A DNA stretch of 54,840 nucleotides, counting the filler, from Dirinaria sp. TL-2023a (Eukaryota): the NCBI GenBank assembly GCA_051941275.1. It is 3 parts of 3 records of this genome, joined end to end, with 100 filler letters (N's around TTAATTAATTAA, not from the genome) between each part and the next. Parts side by side here need not be neighbours in the genome. Positions count along the whole stretch, not along the records: positions 36,642 to 54,840 come from JAVEBF010000394.1; 2 more parts are not named here. One strand, given 5' to 3'. Positions 36,925 to 49,297 of this stretch are shown piece by piece. The position numbers and the translations under genes were made by a program. The notes under the pieces are model-generated. The model was not told where the DNA came from. It saw only the letters and a program-made list of their open reading frames with translations, and made no database searches. Each line of letters begins with the position of its first letter. The stretch's first letter is position 1.

Positions 36925-38326
36925 CTACCCGGTATCCTCCACCTCCACAGGATACTTATCCAGACTCTCATACCACTGAATCAAACTGCCAATCAAGAAC
37001 GCCCAACTGCCCCAGAAAGTCGCCAGACTGGCCTCGTACTGCGCGCCGCTGCTGGCGTACGCGGGGCCCAGGGCCCCACACAGCGTGAACCCGTACGCGC
37101 CCACCAGGTTCCAAAACCCGATATGCCACCCCAGCACCCCCGGCGCCGGCACGTACCAGATCGTCTGCGTCTCGAGCATGAACAGCGTTCCTGAGATTAT
37201 AAACCCTGTTCCGCCCACGATCTGCGGCGCCCAGTAGATGCCGTCCAGCGCGTTTTGGGAGAGGATGGTGTTTATTCCCGGCAGGGCTGTGAGGCCGGAG
37301 AGCCAGAATATGGAGGCGCCTAGGAATTGCGATAGGCTGGCTAGGAAACCTAGGTCGTGCAGGTAGTAGGTTGTGAGGTCGTGTTGTGAGGGGTACCATT
37401 TCCAGGAGCGGGGTTGGTGGGGGGAGGAGGATTGTGGTGGTTTGTGGGTCGGTTCTGAGCTGGGGGTTAAGTCTGTAAGAAGGGAGATGGTGGTGGTGGT
37501 GGAGTTCGGGCTGGGTGATTGCGGAGGTTTTACTAAGACGCGATGGGTTATTTAAGGGGCTGAGGTTCAATGAGGAATGGACGTTACCATCGCTCTTGCC
37601 CACTAGATTCCGCTTATTCGTGTGATGGTGCGCGCATCGATCTTTGTCTGGCCGGACTCTGATGGCCCCTTCTTGTCCCTCCTCTTCACCTTCCACCAGC
37701 CGCTCCAGCGCCCACCCGAAACACCCGGACCGGTTCTCGTTGATAGCCTCGAACATCAGCAGCACGCTCCCGATCTCGAAGATCGTCGCGCCGATAAACG
37801 CCGTTATTCCCCCTCCGTACTCGATCTCGGTGCCGAATTCCGTGCCCGGCTGCACCAGGGGCAGAAAGACGAAAAACGCATTCATGACCCATACTACCGA
37901 CCCCAGAGTGAAGATTGTGGCCACGAGGTAGGAGATATCCCAGTACGGGTATTGGATCAGCATCCGCAGTATGCCTTTCCCAGCTTCATGGAGCGTAGAC
38001 GTCGGTTTTGGGGTTACGTAGTTTTCCGAGGCAGCGGCGGCAGAAGGTGGAATTGCGAGAGCATGGCGTCCTTTGCGATTGTCGCGGGATCGCCATTTGA
38101 ACCTGAGATAGGGAGCAGGATCTTGAGTTTTGGGAAGTTCGGTTTTGCCTGTATCAGAACCTTGTGCTGTTGAGGTAGACTTTTTAGTCAATGCGGTATG
38201 CTTGAAGTGTGCGCGTGTGGGATTCAGGAAGCGGAAGGGCCCATTGATGTGGTCGTCGACGAGCTCGATCGAGTTGTACTCCCGGAACGGCTCATGGGAA
38301 TTGTGGAAGGATTTGTTGCGCGGCAT
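36925..38326 (-). CDS. Conserved fungal integral membrane protein of unknown function
   Basis: ATG 38326. One intron starting at 37587 joins WRSRDNRKGRH...PYWDISYLVATIFTLGSVVWVMNAFF...GATIFEIGS to W.WYPS...DLGFLASLSQFLGASIFW...GWHIGFWNLVGAYGF...TFWGSWAFLIGSLIQWYESLDK. Confidence 0.82.
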
Positions 38327-40253
38327 TGTCGAATTGGCGCCCTGTTGAAGGAGGATGGCAGTCGAAGCTGGTTGGAGGTTGGATGCCAAGAAGCCAAGGG
38401 GCCCCCTTTTACTTTCCTGTTTCTGTGGGAGCAACGGTTCCTTTTATGATGAAGTATTCGCTTTGATTGAAGCAATGAAGAATAGCAAAAATTCTACTTC
38501 TAAAGCATTCCAGACTTAGGTATCTTCCCTCTCCATGGCCTAGACTAGAATTGACAGCTTTTCAGCCTTCGCGTACGCCATTACAAAGGCCAGTTTCTAA
38601 CCTTATTGAAAGTATTTCAGTTTCTTCTGAGAGCGCTCACGATTGTATCTGTCTAGATTATCTTCGGCCTTGAGAGATACTTCAATCTTCTGTTCATTGC
38701 CAACTCACCACGACAAGGTCCTTTGATCTGCTCTTCCACTCTCTCTTAGGCTCCCTTCACTACCGAAGTCATTTCGTTCTCTCACACGCTCTCGGATCCC
38801 TTAGTCATGATCATCAGGAACAGTATCAAGCTTTGAACTCATGGCTGATCGTTGCTAATTGCCGACACTGTGAGTGCTGTCTGTTGAGCCTTGGGTCCCG
38901 CTGCGCTTGCCATTGTGGGCCCTTATGGCCCAGTGTCTGTTTTTCCGTAATTCGCAATCCATCCTTTTCTCCATCTCTCAAACTTTTTGAGGCGGAAGTA
39001 TAGAATTGGGAGCGATATAAGTAGTCGTCAATCCACGAAATGAGCTAGGTACGAATACCACCTTAAAAACATTATACAGAAACTCTATCGAACTATACAG
39101 TTCACTCTAGGGATGACATCTGCCCGGGCCATCTGGCACCGCAAATGAATCGTGACTGCCGGATACTGCCCCTATTTTCCAATACGGTAACCCCTCAATG
39201 ACGGATAGGATTATAATATATGATTCAGACCCCCTTACTTACAGTATCTCCATATACTCGAGTCTACTACCTTGCCTTCTCAATCGGATGCAATACTGGC
39301 GGGACGCATATTTGCGTTGCCTGAGTATTTGCTGCATTTCTTTAATATATATTTGTTAGACTTCTAGGCAGCCTGAAGGTCGAGGAGATACATAATGCGA
39401 TACCGATGTACTTGGAATTAACACATGAGGGAGTTTGTATCTATCTTCAGAGACTTTGCCGGATCTAGTTCCACTCAACGCACTAGTCCAAGCATATGTG
39501 CCTCAACGGTGCGGACAGCCCTTTGTCAATCTCGGTTTCTTCGTTCCTCATGCTGAGAACGATCTCTGCTTTGGCATTTCATTCTTTCTGAGAACATCCG
39601 TCAACAAGCCTAATTGGTGAGAAAACAAATGGGTCAATTTTTTTTCTCGGCTGCTGTGAACTTTTACACGTGGCACAATTTAGCTACCTGCATTCTTTCA
39701 CCTCGCTTGTCTTGATGGGATGCTTTTAAAAGAGAATCTCAATTACCGCTGTGAGACTCTCAACAGCAGGTTCTTTGCGACTTTTAGATGACTTCTGTTT
39801 GTCAAATCATCAAAACGCAGGAGCGACTGGAAGGATCATGGTGGGCGACCCAGCGCTCAAACTTTTCAATACGGATTGTTGGGTCTGTGACTCTTTAGCT
39901 CCATGTACATAAAATTTTTGCTGAGAATAAATAAAACCAAGAAGCTTAGCAACAGTGCCTTTCGGTGTTCAAAAATTTGCTAATCGGCCGTCTGCTAAAT
40001 GCCCGAGACCCAACATATCCCTCAATGCCCTCAACGCGATAATAGCTCGTCAATAAAACAAATTCCCCAGCAATAGCGGCTCAACAAATATATTAGAAGT
40101 CCCCGCATCACTATAAGAGCAGCTGTTTCCCCCAGTCATCACTCTCAGTCATTACTCTCTCATCTTTCTTCACTGCTCACTAAACAGTTTCATAACAATC
40201 CTGTACCATTAAGTCTATCTTTGAATCCAACAACTTAAGTAGACCTAATCAAG

Positions 40254-41916
40254 ATGCTGTCTCCATTCATTGCTCTATTCTTTTGGATTGTTGCTCTCCT
40301 TTTCACGCCTGGCCTTGCACTCCCGCATAACGACGGGCCAGCAACTCCCGGTTGCGCAGTACAGAAATTCTTCGATCAGACTCCTCAGGACTGGGTGGAC
40401 CACCGTACAGACGAATGGCTCGACGACTGGTTCAAAACACACGACTCGGACATCAAAGCCAACCACGCCGGGTTCGCTGGAGCATTCGGTAGATGGGCCC
40501 TCGAAGACCCTGATTGGAGCTGCCTCGATGATGGCTCTGATAGCAATTGCGACTTCAGCCCGTGCCATGACATCTGCGTGAACGGTACCGAGGACGACGT
40601 TCGCCACGCGTATTACGTCCTGGAATCGGTGAGGCGGCTGCACGACTACCACACCGTCGTGGCAGAAGCGTTCTCGGTGAGCGTGGACTACGCTGCCCTA
40701 AACCTGGCTACTTGGGTTCAGGCCTTCTACAAAGACCAAGAAGTAGTCCCCGTCCCCGTTGAAAAGGAGGTTTTCAATGCCTTGAGCACGGTTTTGGGCA
40801 TCGTAGCTGGAGTTGCAGCTCTTGGAGGACCTCAAATAGCTGCTACCGCAGGTGTTGCAAATGCGGTGTTCGCAGGAGTTACAAATGCTGTCACACCGCT
40901 CTTTGGACAACAGTAAGTTGGACCTTTTGCACGTCTGCAAGCTTCCAGCACCTGCATCTCAAATTGTCTCGAGACGCAATTCGCACAGAAATCATACTTC
41001 CCCATTTCATACAGGATCTTAACTTTAGTCCAACTGCGCTGACCATCACTCTAGTCTGGACGATACACCAAAGAAGGTAGCGGAAATTGGAAAGATCCTT
41101 GGGGACATCTCCGTTGAAGCCGCGCAAGCTCTCAGTGATACCAATAACAAGCTTATGAAAGGCGAGAGTCTGAAGTCGGGCGACATTCGCTCATACCTCG
41201 CCGGAGGCTCGTTCGTCAGCTTTGAGGGGATCAACAAGAGTGCGCTCATCGACAAGTTGAACCGCCAAATCTATGCTCTTACTGTCAACGCAATTTGGCG
41301 GGCACAGCCAGTCTTCATCCTCGGAGGTGGTGCTTGTGGCGATAATCAAGGCATAGGGTCCGGACCGAGAGAAGCGTCTCTCTGCCGCAACGATAGAGCG
41401 TGGTACTTGTATTACTGGAAGGAAACCCACTCTTTGAACCACTCCATACGCAAAATCTTCGGATTCCCCACAGGTCATGGGGGCCATGTCGAAGCGCCGC
41501 CTGGTTTGGACACCTTCGGAAATTCGTCTTCCATAACCGTTAGCGACGCCATTAGATCGTCTCTGGAAACCTATGATGCTTTCAACTACGACTACACTCC
41601 TGAAACGAGGACGTCGCGGGCGCTTGCGGTCATCGAAGACATATCGAAAGACCCTTCTGCGCAAGGTCCAGTCTGGGAAGGTATGTTCACTATCCCGGTC
41701 TGCGATATCAGCAACGCGGTATTTCGAGATGCCCGCCATAGGAAATCGACGCTTGTCCCGTACGGGCACAAGAAAGCGCCAACGTGGTGTGCTGGTGACG
41801 AGAGTCAATGGGATAACAGCTGGGAGCTCTGTAGCGGCAGCTCGGACCAGTTTTTTGCATTCTTGGAAGCCGCGCATTTGCATGGTATGGAATTCTGGGC
41901 TGGATGTGAGCATTAG
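40254..41916 (+). CDS. Secreted Cys-containing protein of unknown function
   Basis: Signal peptide MLSPFIALFFWIVALLFTPGLA. Intron 40913-41054 (branch ctgac) fuses the two ORFs in frame. TATA-like ctataag near 40111. Confidence 0.8.
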
Positions 41917-44156
41917 CGACTGTCCGACTAGGAAATATTGTATATTTGGGTTTAGTTACTTTAGAGTCCAATGTTTAGGAGTACGTGGCGTCGGGTTATA
42001 TATAATGTTCCTTAACTGTACTGCACCCAAATGCACAAGAAATTTTTGCAGCGCTTGATCGGTGTGTACAATATATATCCGAGCTGACAGACACAAAGGT
42101 TCTTATCACTTATCCTAGATCGACCGCCATGCATCTTGGATGATTATCGCACTGTTGAGATGCTCAAGATTTGTCTTGGAACTAATACAGATGCCAATCC
42201 CCAGAGCATGTCGTTTTCGAGAGAGAGAGAGGCTTCTCTCGATAAGACATGCGAAGCTCTGGGCCTCCCACAGCTTGAGTAAGACAAACAAAATCACATT
42301 TGATGCACTTTCTGTGCAACAAACTTATGAAAGGTTACAAACCGAATTCATTGCCACGCCACCTTCGGCATTCCGATTTAAGAATTCAATGACTCAATGA
42401 GATCGCGGGATGATGGTCCTATCACGACAGAGATGTATGCTTCGCATATCTGTCTTTTATTCTATCTGTCACTTATTTCGCCCACTTCTTCAGTTGACGA
42501 ACGCTCAGCTGAACGCATTACTGTTTCACAAACGCGCGCAATCTAATTGCAATTCAAAGAAAGTGCCTTGTCAGCGCGATTCTAGCCGTTTCGAATGATA
42601 TGTCTCATCTTCATCAGCTCATAAGCAATACGTATAAGACGAATTTTTCTTCCTCAGCTTCTATATCTTTGAGCCTAGTATACTCCTCGACTTACATCTC
42701 TTGAGCAAAAATGAATACTCACTGTCCGATTCAGAGACGAGCAAGAGAAAATATGTTGATCTGCTTTTCGAGTTAAATACGTCGATCGAATTTGCTTCGA
42801 AAAAAGCATTCGAGTCTCTCAACGATCAGAAGTGCAAAGAAATTCGAAAGAGAGCTTATCAGCGTTTGTTTGCATTTAGTCATACTAGCTCGATTGCGAA
42901 AATTGGCGCGTGCAAATTTGCTGACATCATATAGAGAATCGCCACTCTTGATCAAAGCTTCACATGTCGCGGTTCATCAGCAGAGAACGTGAGAACGAGA
43001 AACCGCATGCTTTTTGACAGTGATGATAATGCGATCGAATGACTTGAATTGAATTTATCGCAGAAGCTATCTCATGATCTGTGTACTCCTTCAAGCTTGA
43101 TCAGTGAAGCGGGCTCGGGATATAACAGTCTCGACAGCTTCGACGGCTCTAGTTTTAAATCTATCTGCTTATTCAAAATTCAATGAAGCCGAGGCTCAGA
43201 TGCCTCACAGCAAGTCGAAGAGAATAGCACTTATCACATGAACGGGCTAAATGGTGATTCTCTGACCAATAGTAGTGGCCCTACCGGCTGGGGAGGGGGA
43301 TTCGCTGAAATTAACAATCATTGGAACTCGCTACATTCTCGGGCAACGAACTACCACGGCACGACAGATTTGTCAAAGGAGATGAAGGTGCCCGAAGTTA
43401 TTGATCTTGAGGCGTTATCAATCTAGAAAATCCACGGATTAGCAAACTACTTCCAACGGCGCTAGATAAAATATAGTATCTTCGCTGACAGTCTTTAACA
43501 ACCCCTCGATACTTTGTTCCAGTGTCACTGGAGCTCCTTCTGCTCCAATCGCTTTAGCTGCGTAGGCTCCCATGTCTGTCTGAACCCAGCCAGGACCAAG
43601 CACGACGGCCGTCAGCCATTTGTTTTCGAAATGCAGCTTTCTGGTGTCCGCGTTGACGGGTGGCCCCTTGACTTTCCCTTTCCCTTTCCAATTCCCATTT
43701 CCCTTTCCCGGCGGCTGGCTTGTGTCTGCCTCCGCATCTTCAACAGTCGTGCATTAGCACGAGTCTCCATCGATCGATGCATGTAGTATCGATTGATTTG
43801 TGATGGAGGCGAAGTTCATGATGAGCTGTGATGTCTTGCCTAGGCCCGAAGCCTATATCTATGCCCAGGTGTGGGAACTGCTCCCCAAGGGTATAGCCAG
43901 AATCAATGCGTTCATATGTTGCTCTTCAACTTTAAATGCTCTTGACGGACACCATTGCTCAGCTGGCACGAGTTGTAGACGGGCTAGAATGAAGAAGACT
44001 GTGGAGCCTCGCACTGCAGCTTTCCCAACATCATTACCCAGCTTGGTCCACACCTCTCTCAGAATGTCGGCGTACTGGTCTCGAGATCTTCTGGCTTCCA
44101 AAACGCGGCACAGAGATGCCAAATTTATAATGATCTGAGCTTCTCTGCCGTAGTAG

Positions 44157-44466
44157 ATGTGGCTGTGGAGAGCGAAATTATCAAACCTGGCAGCCTCTTC
44201 AAATCCTGACCTTTTCTACGCTACCCGAGGTGCAGGGCAGAAATTGGGCATCCTCAGCGAGATGAAGTACCGAATATATGACACATCTCCAAATGAGAGC
44301 TGGTACTGCGAGAACTATATTTTCGGCCACTGTCAAGATCCAGACACTTTTGGCGCAAGTCAATACTATGATAGCCAATGGATCACAGCCTGCGCAGCTC
44401 CTAAAATATGCTACTTACCTGCGTTCACCGACTCATGATCCTTTCAACGTAAAACCCACCATGTAG
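44157..44466 (+). pseudogene. Fragment of FAD-linked (BBE/PCMH-type) oxidoreductase
   Basis: ASSNPDLFYATRGAGQKLGILSEMKYRIYD matches the DLFWAxRGAGxNFGIV motif. The continuation is frameshifted and no intact N- or C-terminus is visible. Confidence 0.6.
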
Positions 44467-45089
44467 AGTGCTAAGATTTTCGTTCTTTTTTTATACTTGC
44501 GAGCTAGGGCGCATTATTAAGAAGGGTAAGGGTCATGCTTAAACCACTCCGAACAAAAATCCTTCATGGGAAAAGATCTGCAACCCTAGATGAAAAAGAA
44601 CCATGCAGTAACCCTAAGAAATTTTTGAGCATACCTACCCACCTTAGGTACTGTACCTTATTGTACCTAAGGTACCTTATGTCTGCGTACTGAGGAAAAT
44701 CTTGTTGTATACAAGAAGATTGCCTGAGCTCACTGCCTTTTGATTAGCGAAGCGAAGGAAGCGATTTCTTAGTTTGATAAAAGGATCTTTTAATTTTTTG
44801 ACGCATAATAGCTCACTTCAGTTCTATTTCTCGTTTCTGCCCTCAGAACCTAAGGTAAGATTATGTCATGTACCTGAGGTACTTCATAAAGGTCTTCGTT
44901 CGAAGAGCTTTGATTTCTAATAACCCTAAGCCTTCTTGATAATCCACACATGTAAGATCTCATCTTACCTAAGGTCAGGTAGGTATTTTCAACAACGTTG
45001 ATAACCAACAACGCACTCCTAACAGAATGCCTTCCATGGATGCGAGTTCTGAGGCAAGACTCTACCCTTCAATAACCATCAGTCGCACA

Positions 45090-46055
45090 ATGCAGGAGTA
45101 CTCACCCATTCACCATCATCTCATGCAAAGTGAATAGTAAACTAACCACGTAAAGCCCCAACGAGGTTGCGCGAAAGTTTTCTACCACGCCTCCTCACAA
45201 GATCGAAGAAACGCCACGCCGTGTGCGCGGCCTCTTTGATAAGGAATATGTCTTCGACACCACCCATGCCCGGCTTGTCTGGGAGCATCCTTATTACCCG
45301 CTTTATTATATTCCTGTCGATGCCATCAAGCACGACATGCTGAGCGTTGATCGATCCAAAGAGAAAGGCGATGGTGCATACCAAGCCGTGCTTAAGGGCG
45401 AGCGCAAGCAGACCGACGAGGTGCTTATTTTTGAGAAAGGCCCGTTGGAGGGCCTGGTGAGGATTAAGATGGATGCGTTGGGTAGGTGGACACTTCTCTT
45501 TTTAAAAATTACCATATCCCCTATTATTTTTGAAACTGCTTCCGATTCAAATTATATAATCGCGTGCCTGATGTTTGAGCTCGATACAGATTCATGGTTC
45601 GAGGAGGACGAGCCGATCTATGTCCACCCTCGAGATCCATATAAGCGCATCCACATCCTTCCATCCTCTCGAAAGGTTACTGTGAAGATCGACGGTGTGA
45701 CTGTCGCAGAGAGCAGTAACAACATGTTTCTTTTCGAGACAATGTTGAGACCGAGATACTATCTCCCGAAGACCGCTGTAAGCACCCTTATTCGGAGGAT
45801 TCGAGTCAGTTTACAACCGCTAACGAAGAAATCTAGCTCAATTGGCAGTATTTCACTGATAGCGACTCTACGACTCGATGCCCGTACAAGGGTATAGCTA
45901 ACTACTACAACGCCAATATCAATGGTAAGGAGTACCAAGATGTACTGTGGTGGTACAGACATCCGACCAGAGAGTCGGCGCTGGTCGAGGGCATGGCGTG
46001 CTTTTATAATGAGAAGGTTGATGTGTTCATTGATGGGGTCAAAGAGGATAAGTAG
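45090..46055 (+). CDS. DUF427 (two-domain) protein
   Basis: Four exons: MQD|PNEVARKF...PRRVRGLFDKEYVFDTTHARLVWEHPYYPLYYIP...|DSWFEEDEPIYVHPRDPYKRI...LFETMLRPRYYLP|...TRCPYKGIANYY...CFYNEKVDVFIDG. Confidence 0.88.
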
Positions 46056-47468
46056 GTTGTATTGTACCTGCTAGTTGATCTCTGTACTTTGACAGGCAGA
46101 TCTTTTGGTTTCCCCCTTTTTCGCCCCTTTTGACTTGTTGCGAGCTTGCTCGTGATTAGCCAAACATTTGAACGAGCAGAGCATGTAATCGCATATCCGT
46201 TTTCCTCAATTTTGAGTACTCAGCTCTGAATCATTCTTCTGAAAACCTCGTCTCCCACACCATCCCGGTCTCTGAAACAACTTATAACAGCGAACATACA
46301 AAGAAAACGATGAATCTAACTACCAATTGCCATCCACTTCAGCTGCTCGCCAACCCTCCTCAACATCACCAGGGTTTCAAATCGTCGCTCTCTCCCTCAT
46401 TTCGCCTCCCTACTGGCAATCTAAACCTACAAAATCAATCATCGGCCTTTATACCGACTCATAATTCTCTCTGCTCGAACGAATTCTCGTATTAAGTCTA
46501 ATCGTTCAATGCAGCACAGATCGCAGACTGACTTACTGGAGAACGAAAATTTTTCCAACGCAACAAGCCTCGTTGCACACCACAAAAAGGCGTTTACTAC
46601 GTATACTATGCCCCCATATAAGTTCTTTCGAGTCATCCACGTTCTATGTTGTCCTTTCTTACTACTTGAGCAGTAAATCCGAGCAATGCTATTTAAGGAT
46701 TTGTAGCATATTTGGGGGGAGGTTACCCTTTCATGCGAATGCAATATATCTATAAGAAGAGGGGGCCTTTGCCTACTGGCTGGATATATAAGTGAGTTGG
46801 AGGGCGGATTGATGGATGATGGAGGAGGCATCGTTTGTACAGAGAACATTACCCTTAGTGTAGTCAACTAGAAGTAGCCCGGGAGACCACCCGAGAGTAT
46901 CGCCCGGATACGCCAATTTGTAACCTGGAACGCAGCTGTGCTCACCAAAGAGGCAACTGTAGTCACCTAGAACACATAGTCTTGGCGTAAATGGCGCTTG
47001 CAGGACCTTATGGTGTGGTCCTCCGTATATGGGGATTGATGTGATCTTTCGTTTTGGTGTTTGAGTTTCTTTTTCTTTTTTCTTTTCCCTTTTTCCTCTT
47101 CTCTTTTTCCTTTTTCTCACTGACCCTCCCCTCCGTTTGGGCTGGATGTAAAATCGAAGTCGTCATCGAAATCTGCTAGTGTGCGTTCTAGAATCTGAGC
47201 TAAGTTGGGTCTACGTACGCGTTAAGGTTGCTTTTGTGTTAGCGGAATAGGTATTTCGATGTTCCTAAGAGAGTGTTGGTATGAAAGAAGCAAGATAGTG
47301 GACAGCAACGGCAGATCTAGATCCCCGGTATCGGCGTCATATGAATCATTACACTGAAGACGCTGAATCTAGGCTTTTACGACCTATGCCTTTCTTCAAT
47401 TTAACATCACTGGAAGCGTCCCGAAAATCTAGATGGCTAAAACGTTTTTTTGATCAGAAGATCGATAT

Positions 47469-48482
47469 CTACACTGCTTCACTGTCTTCGCTATCTTCGT
47501 CAACTTCCTCGCCATTGGCAATGGCTTTTTCTCTCCTCTTTTTCCCCCTTTCCCGTTTCTTGTCAAGCAGCTTTTTCAGTCCTTTGGCCGTGTTGAAAAC
47601 GCCTCCGGTGCCGGCGCCGCAAGCCGCGCAGGACGGATTCTTCTTGTACCTTTGCAGTGCACACTTCTCACAAAAGTAATGCCCGCACTTGGTAATGATT
47701 GGATTGGTATAGGGTTGCTTACAAATGATACATGCAAATGGAATGCCTTCGAGCGCTGCGTCGTCACTGTCGGACTCCGCATCGGCGGCGGTCTTCTTGA
47801 CGCCAGCTGTAGGCTTCTTGCCCTTGGTGCCTATTTCCCAGTCCTTGTCTAACTCCCAGCCCTGTTTGTAATCTTCTCGGGCGTGGAGGAATTTGCAGCT
47901 GTCGCCGAACCCGCAAAAGCCGGTTTGCTTGTAGTCTTTGCATACATCTGGTGCAAAGTCTGTGACAGTGATCGTTCGGATATTGGTAGGTGCTTTGACT
48001 GGACCGACTTGCCGCGTTGGCGCGTTGGGGTTCTTTTGAATGAAAGATTGGTAGCTGGCGGCGCCTTTGTACGTTCCTTCATTTTGATCGATTCCACCGG
48101 CATCAGGTTTCGTACGCGCGGTCCCTAGCAGTTGTTTTGCGCTCAGATTGTCCTTGCTCTGCTCGTCATACCAATTCGACTGCTTTGTAGCATCGTTCGT
48201 CGACTCGATTTGTCCGGATCGGTCAGCGGCGAATTTGGTAGAGTCAATCTCCTCCAGATCCGGTTTCGTCACTGCGCCGGAGCTCGCCGCCAGGCCAGCA
48301 GTCTTGCGCCGACGTTTGATCTGATGCCCGTGGTCATCTTCTGAAGACGAATAGCCTGAAGAGTCAGAGGCTGCGGGCGGAGGAGTTACCGGGCGCTTGC
48401 GGATGCTGGCGTTTTTTGCTGTACGCTTTTTGAAAAGCGGTTGCGGCTCTACAGCTCGAGCTGCAGCGACGCCGTCTTCCAT
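47469..48482 (-). CDS. CWC24: Pre-mRNA splicing factor Cwc24 (CCCH zinc finger + RING)
   Basis: PDVCKDYKQTGFCGFGDSCKFLHAREDYKQGW zinc finger and CIIC...CGHYFCEKC...CAAC RING. First ATG at 48482. Confidence 0.95.
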   Translation of the reverse strand: MEDGVAAARAVEPQPLFKKRTAKNASIRKRPVTPPPAASDSSGYSSSEDDHGHQIKRRRKTAGLAASSGAVTKPDLEEIDSTKFAADRSGQIESTNDATKQSNWYDEQSKDNLSAKQLLGTARTKPDAGGIDQNEGTYKGAASYQSFIQKNPNAPTRQVGPVKAPTNIRTITVTDFAPDVCKDYKQTGFCGFGDSCKFLHAREDYKQGWELDKDWEIGTKGKKPTAGVKKTAADAESDSDDAALEGIPFACIICKQPYTNPIITKCGHYFCEKCALQRYKKNPSCAACGAGTGGVFNTAKGLKKLLDKKRERGKKRREKAIANGEEVDEDSEDSEAV

Positions 48483-49297
48483 GCCCGGTGCAGAAATTGC
48501 TGGGTCCTTGCCACGAATATGCAACGGGATGTAATGGTGGACATACGAGTATGCTCCAGATTCATGTCATGATGCACATTTCGGGTAAATGATACATTTG
48601 CTTAGTAAGACGGCTGCGAGGAAGCTGGAAGGTACAGGAAGCCGGATGAAGGACTCAGGGTACGGATTGTTATTGCTGTCTACTGTACGTGACGTTCACG
48701 TGTCGTTTCATGCACCGTAGAATGATCTCTAAATGGAGTCCTCGGTATCAAGTGTATCAGATTTGCTACCATGCAGGGACTACTTGGTTTAGGTCGAAGT
48801 TCGACTCGTGCCAAGGCCGAGGGGCGATCAACAAACCTGATCTCGCTGTCAACATCAACACACTTCCCATAGCGTTTAACTCTAGATCAATCATCAATAA
48901 TACCTCTTTCTTCATCCGCGTCCATTTCCCTAGCCACATCCTCTCTACATCAGTAAGCACCTATACGTTGGGGCGCTGTGCAAGGTAGCAGCGCGCACTT
49001 GGCGCATCAGGAGGTTGTACGGGCGTTCCGGGAAGTCAATTATTGTTGCAGAGAACTCTTGGAGCCCGTCAACCCTATCGATTTCGAAAGAAGCGCTGGA
49101 TGCACACCGAATCTGCAAATCAGCAATAATCGCGTGAAAAGAGGAGGCCTGTGTCCCGACGCTATCGATACGAGACAACTCATTGCCCCTTGCTGCCATG
49201 TAAACAGCTGTGCAGCCGAAGCCTGAGAAACGTCGAGAACACGGATTCTGTCTACCGTGAAGGAGCGGTACCGCCTTCGACCTCGTCTCTACACAGC

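Noticed and set aside
36968..37587. C-terminal half of the 488-aa ORF (His/Pro/Arg-rich)
   Set aside because: Read-through of the intron into the wrong frame; the spliced frame gives the conserved TM segments.
41191..41913. 240-aa minus-strand ORF
   Set aside because: Antisense to exon 2 of the secreted-protein gene with no independent coding signal.
46764..46866. Partial U2/U6 snRNA look-alikes (ctttgcctactggct, tacagagaacatta, gtgtagt)
   Set aside because: Matches are short, non-colinear and lack the invariant flanking residues and Sm site.
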